Positions 41,583 through 53,070 of a DNA stretch of 64,000 nt are shown here, piece after piece (position 1 is the stretch's first letter; every line of letters begins with the position of its first letter). The DNA comes from Leucoraja erinacea (lineage: Eukaryota). The translations under genes and the position numbers were made by a program. The stretch spans positions 25,110,001 through 25,174,000 of the forward strand of contig NC_073388.1 of NCBI RefSeq assembly GCF_028641065.1. Direction: 5' to 3'. Below the pieces are notes generated by a model. That model did no database searches. It had not been told where the DNA came from and saw only the letters and a program-made list of their open reading frames with translations.

Positions 41583-43197
41583 CAGTGCATTCAGAAAGTA
41601 TTCAGACCCTTTCACTTTTTCCACATTTTGTTACGTTACAGCCTTATTCTAAAATGGATTAAATTCATTTTTTTAATCAGCAATCTACACACTATAGCCC
41701 ACAATAAAAAAGCGAAAACAGGTGTTTAGAAATTTTTGCAAAATAATAAAAAATAAATAACTGAAATATCACATTTACATAAGTATTCAGACCCTTTACT
41801 CAGTACTTTATTGAGGCACCTTTGGCAGTGATTACAGCCTCAAGTCTTCTTGGGTATGACGCTACAAGTTTGGCACACCTGTATTTGGGTAATTTCTCTC
41901 ATTTTTTTCTGCAGATCCTCTCAAGCTCTGTCAGGTTGGATGGGGAGCGTTGATGCACAGTAATAGTCAGGTCCCTCCAGAGATATTCGATCGGGTTCAA
42001 GTCCGGGCTGTGGCTGGGCCATTCACGGACATTCACAGACATGTCACAAAGCCACTCCTGTGTTGCCTTGGCTGTGAGCTTTGGGTTGTTGTCCTGTTGG
42101 AAGGTGAACCTCTGCCCCAGTCTGAGGTCCTGAACGCTCTGGAGCAGGTTTTCATCAAGGATCACTCTGTACTTTGCTCCGTTCATCTTTCCCTTGATCC
42201 TGACTAGTCTCCCAGTTCCTGCCACTGAAAAACATCCCCACAGCATGATGCTGCCACCACCATGCTTCACTGTAGGTATGGTATTGGCCAGGTGTTGAGC
42301 GGTGCCTGGTTTCCTCCAGACGTGACACTTGGCATTCAGGCCAAAGAGTTCAATCTTGGTTTCATCAGGCCAGGGAATCTTGTTTAGGTGCCTTTTGGCA
42401 AACTCCAAGCGGGCTGTCATGTGCCTTTTACTGAGGAGTGGCTTTCGTCTGGCCACTCTACCATAAAGGCCTGATTGGTGGAGTGTTGCAGATATAGTTG
42501 TCCTTCTGGAAGGTTATCCCATCTCCACAGAGAAACTCTGGAGCTCTGTCAGAGTGACCATCGGGTTCATGGTCACCTCAATGACCAAGGCCCTTCTCCC
42601 CGGATTGCTCAGTTTGGCTGAGTGGCCAGCTCCATGAAGAGTCCTGGTGGTTTCAAAGTTCTTCTATTTAAGAATGACGGAGGTCACTGTGCTCTTCGGG
42701 ACCTGCAATGCTGCAGAAATAGTTTCATACCCTTCCCCCGATCTGTGTCTCAACACAATCCAGTCTCGGAGGTTTACAGACAATTCCTTCATCTTCATGG
42801 CTTGGTTTTTGCTCTGACATGCACTGTCAACTGTGGGACCTTATATAGACAGGTGTGTGCCTTTCCAAATCATGTACAATCAATTTAATTTACCACTGGT
42901 GGACTCCAATCAAGTTGTAGAAACATCTCAAGGATAATCAATGGAAACAGATGCACCGAAGCTCAATTTTGAGAGTCACAGCAAAGGGTCTGAATACTTA
43001 CGTAAATGTGATATTTCAGTTATTTATTTTTAATTATTTTGCAAAAATTTCTAAACACCTGTTTTCACTTTTATATTATGAGGTGTTGTGTGTAGATTGA
43101 TGATTAAAAAAATGACTGTAATCAATTTTAGAATAAGGCTGTAATGTAACAAAATGTGGAAAAAGTGAAGGGGTCTGAATACTTTCTGAATGCACTG
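41583..43197 (-). mobile_element. Tc1 DD34E-type transposon (inner, IR/DR type, 1615 bp)
   Basis: TA duplication at 41581-41582 and 43198-43199. TIRs of about 215 bp begin CAGTGCATTCAGAAAGTATTCAGACCC. Transposase is on the - strand. Confidence 0.95.
41800..42798 (-). pseudogene. Disrupted Tc1 transposase of the inner element
   Basis: Motifs [44 protein letters not shown] and KGASIKY*. In-frame stops and a deletion before the first catalytic D. Confidence 0.92.
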
Positions 43198-43742
43198 TAT
43201 ATGCTGAAGAGAAAACTGAAGGGGGCTAGCCCCCAAAACAAGCCTAAGCTATAGGATGGTTGCAATACAGACCTGGTAGGGCATCACCAGAGAAGCCAAC
43301 CAGCAACTGGTGATGTCCATGAGTTGCAGACTTCATTGCATGCAAAGGATATGCAACAAGATACTAGACATATAAACATCACTACTTTCATTTACATGAC
43401 ATTGCTGTGTCCCAAACATTATGGTGCCCTGAAATGGGGGTACTATGTATAAACACTGCTGGAATTTCTACATGGTGAAACCAAAATGTATAAAAATGGC
43501 CTTTATTAAAATCTGACAATGTGCACTTTAACCACGTGATTTTTTTCTATTACAAATCTCAAATTGTGGAGATCAGAGGCAAATAAATAAATGATGGGTC
43601 TTTATCCCAAACATTATGGAGGGCACTATACTGATCTAATTGTCAATTCTTTCATCCATCAAAAAATATCAATGGGAGACTTGCTTTTTAATGGCATTTT
43701 TGGAGCAGGGATTCATTTAACTTTTCCTTAATTTTGCTACAG

Positions 43743-43965
43743 GCTGATGTGGCCCAAGAACAAATGCTTTGACTATTTGTACAGTGAAGGGCAGGAACTT
43801 TTGGCAGCATTCCCTGTACAAGCCACAATCACCTTCTATACTGAATCAGACAGTGAGGAGGAAGAGGGGGAATCTGAGGCGGAAAATGAATCGGAAGAAG
43901 AACCAGTCATGGCAGAAGAGTACTTTGAGCGAAAAGAAATGAGCGATGATAGACTAAGACAGTGA
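43743..43965 (+). CDS. RIPPLY1: RIPPLY1 exon 4, Ripply homology domain (LMWPKNKCFDYLYSEGQELLAAFPVQATITFY + acidic tail)
   Basis: tgctacAG acceptor; FDYLY and FPVQATI motifs; total CDS 465 nt = 154 aa. The paralogue call (Ripply1 vs 2/3) rests on linkage to human-X-orthologous genes. Confidence 0.9.
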
Positions 43966-45492
43966 CATAATATATTAAATCGCAAAGATATTCAGCTTTC
44001 AATAGTAGAACATTGTCTTTAATTTATAAACATAGTACATTTTCTGTACTTTTTGTACATACTGCAGAAATACTTTTATTATTAAAATATATTTTTACTG
44101 TTTTTACATTAAAGAGATTTTCTGTGCATTTGAGTAAGCCGCGTTAAGGGTGAAAAAGAACAAAATGATAAGAAAACTCATTGCTTAGGCTGACGAATGA
44201 AAGAGGAAAGAAAACTGGGCCAGGGTCAGAGAAGGACAAATGAGAAGAAAACACGGTGACTGATTCGAGATTTGGAAATATAAAAGAGATAAATAATCCC
44301 ATGTCAAGTATTGGATTATTCGGTAGTCTCTTTCTATTAAATCAAATTACATTGAGTTTAATGTAATAAGCACAAGGTGGTGTATGTAGTACAGCAACAA
44401 ATCTTGCTTGCAGCAACATCGCAGGCACATAGGCTCAGACAAATATACAAAAACAAATAATGCATAAATAACATATAAATGACACATAACTTTTTCAATT
44501 ACTGAATGACGTTGGCCAAATTTCAAGGTGGACATCAACTCTGGGGCTATTGCCTCGGTTTATCTTCCATTTTTATATGGTTATGTTTGCAACATATTTC
44601 CCTGGAATATAAACATGCTGTGTGTAATGGGATAGTTGAGCCCTTCTATGACCTGTGAATAGTCAAGAGACGTGTGCATATTTAATGAAAACAATTGTTG
44701 GGATTTTATTTTAGTTGTAATTTGAAGTTAATTATTTTTTTTAAAAAGGACCACTTTGTTTATAAGATTTTAATTTGAATGAATGTCTTAAATGTAGGGT
44801 GCATAGCATTCAACTCATTGCCAGTGATCCACTTGGGAAGTTTGACTCAAAATTATATTCCTTTGATTTTCTGCAGTTTTATAGAAATGCCTTAGATTCT
44901 CTTGAGGATCATTCTTCTAATACCTTCATCTTGTTGATAAATGATACTTAAATGTGCTGAGATGAGCAACGCATTTCCTCAAGATGCATTGTGAAATGTA
45001 ATGTCATCATACTGAGCTATCCCAGCACTTGATCTCCAGGTTGTTCTGTACGTCTGTGAAGCGGTGTGGAGCTGTGGATGGTGGTATGGTGGAGAGGGGG
45101 GCAGAGGGTGTGGGGGTTGTGACAATCCTGTTAGTCTTTGTCCAAGAATGGCTGCCGTGAAGAGAGAGTGGACGCTGGCGCGCTTTAACTGCCGCTGTTC
45201 TCTCTTCACATTGTGTTTTTGATTTTTTGTTTTTGGACTGAATTCTGTTTTTAATTTGTGTTTCTGTGATGTCTTTATTATTTATTTTATTCTGATTATA
45301 TGTTTTTTATTCCTGTTAATCTTTGTAAGGTGTCCTTGAGATGTCTGAAAGGCGCCCAAAAAAAAAAGAAGAAAAAAAAAAGGGAAACATCCTTGACACA
45401 CGCAGCCATTGGCTCCCTGTCAAACTATTGCCAAGTTATCAGCGCAACCCAACTGGACGAATAAAAAAAAGCTCGTCCAATCTCTCCTTTTG

Positions 45493-45750
45493 TTCATATT
45501 CCGCCTGGGTTGCTTGCGTCCGGATGGCATGAACGTGGAATTCTCCCAATTTTGCTAGCCCTTGCTGTCTCCTCCCCTTCCTTAACCCTCGAGCTGTCTC
45601 CTCCCATCCCCCCGCCCTCGGGCTCCTCCTCCTCCTCCCTTTTTCCTTCCTTCTTCCCCCCACCCCCCATCAGTCTGAAGAAGGGTTTCGGCCCGAAACG
45701 TCGCCTATATCCTTCGCTCCATAGATGCTGCTGCTCCCGCTGAGTTTCTC
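45493..45750 (+). mobile_element. Penelope-like element 3' end: endonuclease-domain C-terminus plus pLTR with a hammerhead-like core
   Basis: 45493-45558 encodes FIFRLGCLRPDGMNVEFSQFC*, resembling the LIFRLGTLxPxGMN C-terminus of vertebrate Penelope-like GIY-YIG domains. A pyrimidine tract follows, then CTGAAGA-A-GGGT-TTCG-GCCC-GAAA-CGTC at 45675-45702. Confidence 0.75.
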
Positions 45751-46111
45751 ATCCCTTTGTTCATTAATTTTAAAATGATTGTCAATTCTTCAATCAGAGG
45801 ACACAATCATCATAGAAACATAGAAAATAGGTGCAGGAGTAGGCCATTTGGCCCTTTGAGCCTGCACCGCCATTCAATATGATCATGGCTGATCATCCAA
45901 CTCAGTACCCCCATCCCTGCCTTCTTTCCATACCCCCTGATCCCTTTAGCCACAAGGGCCACATCTAACTCCCATCCTGTATTCACTGTGTCAATGGTTG
46001 AGAAATGTTGTCATTGAACCCTTTCTGCACTCTTATGGAAATAATAATGGCAGTATCAGTTATTTGGCCAACTTTCCACAAGCTAAATTAAGCAATCTAT
46101 CATTGCATTAT

Positions 46112-47130
46112 GTAGCAATGTTACAAAATTTTGAGATTTTTAAAATCAAGTCTGCAATTTATCCCATCAGATAAAGCATAAAAATAAGTTTAATTTGACA
46201 CCTAATTCACTTTCATTTCTCAAGTATTAAAAAGGTTATGGCCATTTTCATACTCGGAAATTAGCATCTTGTTCCCTATTGATTTTCTATGGACATAACA
46301 AAAAAGCTGTGATCGTGGACAGTCAAAAGCCCATAACTTTCTTAAAAATTAAGAGAACTAAATGACATTTTCACTTATCATAGATTGAAGCATTCTGAAA
46401 CAAATATAAAATAATCTTACTTGGATGACCTGAAATTAAAGCATATAATTAGTTAGTTACCCAAATGTAGCTAATTCCAAACTTCAATTACTAGATCTAA
46501 ACATCTATCCATTTCTTAAGAAAAGATTAACATTTTTAAATAGCCTAAGTGTCCAAATAACATTCACAAAGAATTCACGATAAAACATGATTTTTAAATC
46601 TCATTTACATTAATTTATAGACCAAATGGAAGGAATTTAGTGTTCAATTGCTGTAAATTAATGGCCATTTAAATCAGCTTTCGAGTGGGATCCTGTGGAA
46701 CGGACTGGTTTAGAACGTTTCCATTGCAGTAGATTTGAAGCCCAAATGCCCAGAAAAATACTGTGGGATTTAATGGGGCCCCAAATTAGCTACTCGCAAC
46801 ATTAAACTTTGTATAAAGGGCTCTTAAGAAGCGCTTTTTAATGTAAAAATAAACAACCTACCTTCCGTTGTCCCCTGTATGAGATCCGGCCCGTGGTCGG
46901 CGGACGCGGGTTTGGAGGATAATTTTTAAACTACTATAATAATTAAATAAACCCGCTAAATGTAAAAATATCTCCAGCGAACAAACCTCCAAGCGATTTT
47001 TCGTCAGCAACTCAGCAGGCTGAACAAGCTCGATTTGAACAGCCTAGGGAAAATCGCGTTTTAAACCCGCCCCCCTCTCAACGGCGCCAAAATCGCACAC
47101 ACGGGCTGGGACAGATCTGCAGCGACGACC
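46112..47130. repeat. Unclassified ~1 kb non-coding element, probably a non-autonomous DNA transposon
   Basis: AT-rich left part with internal inverted motifs (aaggttatggcc / gcccataacttt) and a CpG-rich right part. No ORF and no clear TIR or TSD. Confidence 0.4.
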
Positions 47131-47191
47131 CACATAAAATGTTGCATTTTAGATACATCTCCACTCTCTGGCTTTTGCATATAGTAATACT

Positions 47192-47642
47192 ATGAAGAAA
47201 GACTGGATAGACTCGGTTTGTACTCGCTAGAATTTAGAAGATTGAGGGGTATCTTATAGAAACTTACAAAATTCTTAAGGGGTTGGACAGGCTAGATGGA
47301 GGAAGATTGTTCCCGATGTTGGGGAAGTCCAGAACAAGGGGTCACAGTTTAAGGATAAGGGGGAAATCTTTTAGGACCGAGATGAGGAAAACGTTTTTCA
47401 CACAGAGAGTGGGGAATCTCTGGAATTCTCTGCCGCAGAAGGTAGTTGAGGCCAGTTCATTGGCTATATTTAAGAGGGTGTTAGATGTGGCCCTTGTGGC
47501 TAAAGGGATCAGGGGGTATGGAGAGAAGGCAGGTACAGGATACTGAGTTGGATGATCAGCCATGATCATATTGAATGGCGGTGCAGGCTCGAAGGGCCGA
47601 ATGGCCTACTCCTGCACCTATTTTCCATGTTTCTATGTTTCT
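47192..47642 (+). mobile_element. CR1-type LINE 3' fragment
   Basis: SRTRGHSLRIRGKSFRTEMRKTFFTQRVGNLWNSLP; (tttctatg)n-like tail. Confidence 0.9.
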
Positions 47643-49597
47643 CTGTTACTTGAAATAATTCATCAATTATTTGTATTTTACAAATAAATCAGAAGTAACA
47701 AATAAATGAGAAGGAATACATTAGCATGGTAAAGACTAAGCCTAGTATCAGCATAAATGTTTTTGACCGAATGCCATTATTCCAAAACAATCCTGCAAAT
47801 ATGTGATTACAGGCTGCTGTGTAGATGCTTATAAGTTACATAAAGCAAACGCATTCACACCATCTCTAGCAAAAATGATGCTTTCAATCTGGGGAAAATC
47901 CATTTACAACTGAAGAAGACTGAATGAAAAGTAAACATTCAAGTTCATAATGCATTGGAAAAAAAAGATTTATTTATATACTTTTTTAAAAGCTGTACAT
48001 TAAGTTGATTAATTTAAAAAAAGGTAATAATACAAAAGACAGTTTCCATTCTTAGATTTCTTTTCCCACATTTCCCTCCATACATATAAAGGCCCCAATT
48101 GGCCCCAGAGGCAGGCAAAGGCTATTAGAACTAAACGAAAATAAGGCATGTTCATTATTATTCATGTTAAATTTTGACCAATGCAAGCACCAGCAGATTA
48201 CAAATCTTCTATCCCTGTCCATTTTTGGACAGGAGACAGATAGAGCTGTGTTAATTTTGAAATCATGGTTTGAATTCTGAAAAATACTTATTAATAATGA
48301 AGATAAATGAGGGATATTATTAGTCTTAAAAATAAACAGACAGCAAATTGTATCTGTCGTCCAGATTTAATTTGAGAAAATTATCAAATGGACGATTAAA
48401 AAAAAGACCAAAACTGAACGATCACAAATCCTGGAAGAAGACTGTGATATGGGAGAAGGTAAAAATGTTAAGGAAGGAATCATAGACAAGCAAAATTTGG
48501 AAGAAAATGGATAAAGAGCAGAGGTGGTTTGTGCCTGCATCAACTGCAGGTATGAGCCTTTGCATTGGCTAGTAGGAACCTTTGACAGTACCAATATGAG
48601 GAGAAAATGGACAAAACACATTTTCTATCCAAATTGTGGGTTGTGGTGGCTTACCAGCAGAACCCACTCTTGGAAATTCCAAATGAGAGTTACCAACAAC
48701 ACTGCTAAATTCTGAACAGAGAGGACTGCCGAATCTAATTTAATTTAAAGTACAAAAAATAAAGTAGAGGAGGGCAATATGTGGTATACATACAACACAA
48801 ATAGGAAGATATTTTATGCAGCAATATTCACTGCTGGGGAGACCAACTCTTGGACATGTAGTTGCATGATTTGATGCCCTTTATATCATCATCCAGGCAG
48901 GACTGAGTTTCAACCCACTATCTTATGCGGTTCAGATGGAAATTCAGATGGATTGTGGTAAAAGGGTGGGATAACATTTTAGTCGACTTTGCGCTTGTGA
49001 GAAGAGGGTCTCCATCCAGCTCAAGCAAAGTCATTGATGAAAGAGGAGAGGGTTAGGGTTCATCAACTCCCACTCACTAAGGGCTTCTGTACCATGGAGT
49101 GGCAGAAGGCAGGTGAACAAGGCTCTCAAAAGGTGATTGTATGATTCACTGTTTGCCATGAATCCCTGAATATTTAACATGTCTAGACTTTCTCACAAAA
49201 AGCTGAAAGGAAAGCATATGGCACAGGAGATTGGACACTCACTTCACCCGACCCTATGCTCTGGAAGGCAGCCATCTTATAGGAGGTTAAAACGCACAGC
49301 GTCACCATGGCAACTCATTGTTCACAGGGTGATTATAGGACCTCCACCAAAGGCCCCAAGCTGTGTTTATGTTAGCGCTAGAGAACACTGATGGATACTT
49401 CCTCTTACTTATTCTGAGATTTTACCCCCTCCCCCTCATAGGAATTGGCACCACGTTTGAAATTGCTGAATAAGAAATAATTATAAAAAAAATAATTAAT
49501 GCCTACAAATAAATAGTTTACAGTCAGGGTGGACATTAGGAAACTGTGGAAAACTCACAATCCTCTGTTTATTCCAGAAGTTGCATGCATACATGCT

Positions 49598-49808
49598 TAA
49601 AAACAAAGTGCTGGAGTTACTCAGTGGGTCAGGCAGCATCTGTGGAGGGAATGGACAGAAGATGTTTCGGGACGGGACTCTTTCAGCAGTCTGAAGAAAT
49701 GTCCCGACCGGAAACATCATCTGTCCATTCCTTCATCACATGCTGCCTGACCCACTGAGTCTCTGCAACACTTTGTCTTTTGCTCAGGATTGCAAGATCT
49801 GCAGTTTC
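49598..49808. mobile_element. Older inverted Penelope-like terminal repeat pair
   Basis: Same architecture. Other copies or arms lie at about 2333-2380, 3505-3790, 4833-4925, 5010-5195, 14787-14950, 24286-24408, 25895-25985, 31510-31600, 33740-33825, 50150-50310, 53806-53889, 56504-56636, 59199-59386 and 59819-59935/60424-60508. Confidence 0.7.
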
Positions 49809-51849
49809 ATATGTTTCCATGCGAACGTGCTCTCTACATACATCACCAGCAGGTGATACTCTTCACCACATTTAGGCCACTAATATTAATCAATGAGCAA
49901 ATATTCCAAGTTAGGAATCAGATTGATTACAAGCATGAACATTAATGAATAGTCGAAATGAATGTTCCTGGAATGATTTAAACTGGAAATATCACTGTTC
50001 AAATCCAACTGCTTTTTAATGTCCCTCTGTTGAAAGTTCAGTGCATCTATCACTTTCGGTGCTGGTGTTAGATTCTGAGCTTAATGAAGCACCGTGAAGC
50101 ATTTTATGGTAGATTAGCGTCTCCCAACTTCATCTGTGAAAATGTAACAAAAAGGAACTGCAGATGTTGGTTAAGACCAAAGATAGACACAAAATGCTGG
50201 AGTAACTGAAGCGACCGATTCAGTCTGAAATAGGGTCCCGATTTGAAACATTACCTATCCATTTTCTCCAGAGATGCTGCCTGACTTACTCCAGCATTTT
50301 GTGTCTCTATTCACCTGTGGTGAATTAAACAAAATATTATAACCAGTGGCAAATGGTTTTTTGGTATTCATTCATCTCTTGGGTGGTATTGTGTCATATC
50401 TTTCTCGGAGCTGGAGGGTTGTTATCATTCTTCTGTAAGCTTAGGAATTCCTATATCTCCAACACCTAGCAATCTGCCTATAACTGGCTAATGTTTGGGT
50501 TACTTGTTGACTGGATGTGTACTTATATCCCTCCTCAATTCAACTTAAATTGTGTGAAGGAAAGTGACTGTTGGGATCAGAAGGACTTTGTGCTTTTAAC
50601 CATCAGACAACACCAATCTCAAACATGGATGGAACAGATTGGACAAACATTAAAATTCCCTCAACATGGTTCATAATCATTTTTTTGTTGGATGTAACAT
50701 GAATCAGTTGAGATCTGAAGTTGTTTCTTAAAGGTCTCTTGAATTTCATTCAAATAACGTGAAACAAAACATATTAAAATAAACATCTCTACGCTGCCAC
50801 ATCAGCTCAGAAAGGAAAGGTAAAGGTCTGTCTGCTTTGCCAGGTTAATCAGATTTACATGATCTGAAGATTATGGCTATTTGTTTTATAGAAATAAAGC
50901 TTTGATACCAGCAAGTTTACAAGTTCTTAGAAGAGAAATACAATCCCAGTCTCTTGTGGTAAATGCTTAATATATAAGCACCTATACACTGTTCTGAAAT
51001 TCAATGCAATTGACATCAATAGATCATTATATGTTGAATTAGCACCCAGTAGAGATTTTCGCAAACTACTTCTCTCAAAAATCCTTTCTCTCATCAAGGT
51101 GGGCAATGTGTGAAATCTTTCATACTTTAAAGGAAAATTTTTATTCATGAGCGCTGAAGCTTGTTATGAAGCATCGAGTAATTTCCTTTCTAAATGTTTT
51201 CTCCATAAATTTGCCATCATTCTGCTGAGCTGAATATGATATATTTGGTCATTTCACAGCGCAAGGAAACACATTCAATGTTTGTTCAGCACAAATAATT
51301 ACAAATGAAAAGGAAAGAAGGGAAATTGTCACAATATTTGATTCCTCATATTCGTGGAAATACATGAAGAGTCACATTCTTGACATTGTGATTTCCACAT
51401 CTAAGGCAGGCAATATTGCACCTAATGTAAATTAATTGATACAGTCTGCAGTGGAATCTCAACCACACACCTTGGGAAATGTTCTTAGTCACATGTTTTT
51501 GTTATTTGCATTCTTGCATTCTTCTACAGTTTCCTGAAAAGACGTGGAAAAGGCAACCCAAATTGGACATAAGAAGAGTTTTTTCTATCCCTTTTCACAT
51601 TTTCAGAGTAAAAATGGTACTATGTCTAACATGTACCAAGGAAAATACACTAGGCTTGATACATTCAACAGATTGTAGTTACTTTGAAAATTATTATTGT
51701 GTACTCATTGTTTATGTGTTTTACTTGAGGCCTGTACTAGAAAACAATTGCAGGCTTTTAGGACACACAAATGTATGCATTATCAAGAAAAGTCTTCAAC
51801 AAATGAGAGTTGTTGGTTATATCAATATGATCAATAAATCATAAGGCAT

Positions 51850-53070
51850 TGACCATTCCCAACAGTACAAGACAAAATTTCATATACGATGTTCAAAGAT
51901 ATCCAATATTTTTTTATCTTTTGGAGCTAACTTCAAACAGTTATCTTTACATTCTCTTTGCCAATATCACTAAAATTCATAATATTGAATTTCACAACCA
52001 TATCAATAAGTGTTCTGAGGAAAATGCACTTCAATATCTAGAAATACCCGAAAGACACATTATCACCTCAAAGGCAATTTCAAATCTTCTGTCTTGTAGT
52101 ACCCCAAAATACCTTTTAATATTTGAAAAAAAATGTATAAAGAACATACAATCCTTTAAATTGCAACCTCAAAGCACCTTCTACTCTATTTCACATCCTT
52201 TAAACTTTGGCTTAAAAATACCTAATCTTCAGTACTACAGTTATATAAATATCCTGTAAACTTCCATCCTGCCGCATCCAAACACTTTCCACCTTCCATC
52301 TCACAACGTACTCTAGCACATTTTATTATAAGCCTCATAGCATTGGGCCTTCTGATAATCAGTCATAATCTTTCAATATTGTTTTAAAATATACCAATAT
52401 ATCCTTTAGCTTTCTGTTTTTCAGAGTATTTCAAATCCACCAAAGATATCATATCATTAAATGTTGTTATTGTACCTGACTCAACCACCTCCTCTGGCTG
52501 CTTATAGTAACCTGTGAAAAACTTGCCCATCGTGTTCCTCTGAGGTATTTTTCCTCTCATCTCCCTAGTTCATGATTCCACTGCCCTGGGATAAAATAAA
52601 TCTGTGCATTCACACTTTCTATTCCCCTCATGATTTTATTGGTTCTTCAAAAGTTCAAACACACTACTTAGGTGCTCGCTTTCACAAGATTCCAGAAATC
52701 ACTTTCTAATCTGTTACATACAATATCCCATCTAAACTTCAATTTCACAACATGTCCAGACACATTAATCTTCAGTTTTTCAACACTTAAAGCCAACTCT
52801 TCCAATATGATATGTATTTCCAAAACCATGATATAATGGGGCGAGCAATATCAAGATCACACCTTACCTTCTTTTCAAAAGACAACTTTCAATATTCAGA
52901 GTTATAGAATCCAAAAGGAAAATTCTACCTAGTAGAAAGATGCCTTGGATTTTCACTTCTCACATTACTCACAAATGCACCTTATAAATCTTTCATATTC
53001 TTGCATCCCAAAGACACATTCTACCCGTCAAAACGTAAGAACTCTTTAATCCCTGAATACTAAGACCAAA
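51850..53070 (+). mobile_element. Possible highly degraded L1/Tx1-like ORF2 remnant
   Basis: LQYLEI and GLKIPNLQYY resemble the KYLGI and GGLxLPNxxxYY motifs of L1-clade ORF2, in the expected order. Confidence 0.35.

Larger units (their letters stand above)
40587..43628 (+). mobile_element. Tc1-family DNA transposon (outer, defective), interrupted by a second Tc1
   Basis: TA flanks at 40585-40586 and 43629-43630. TIRs of about 225 bp begin CAGTGCACTCCATAATGTTTGGGACA and contain internal direct repeats. Transposase remnant MRTKVVPMKVKEAIV...GRPR starts at 40938 and reaches SPDLNPIE at about 41550-41571. Confidence 0.93.

Noticed and set aside
52868-52928. 61-nt exon-like segment on the - strand with good splice sites
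   Set aside because: It lies in a probable degraded L1-like remnant, and I found no compatible downstream exon.
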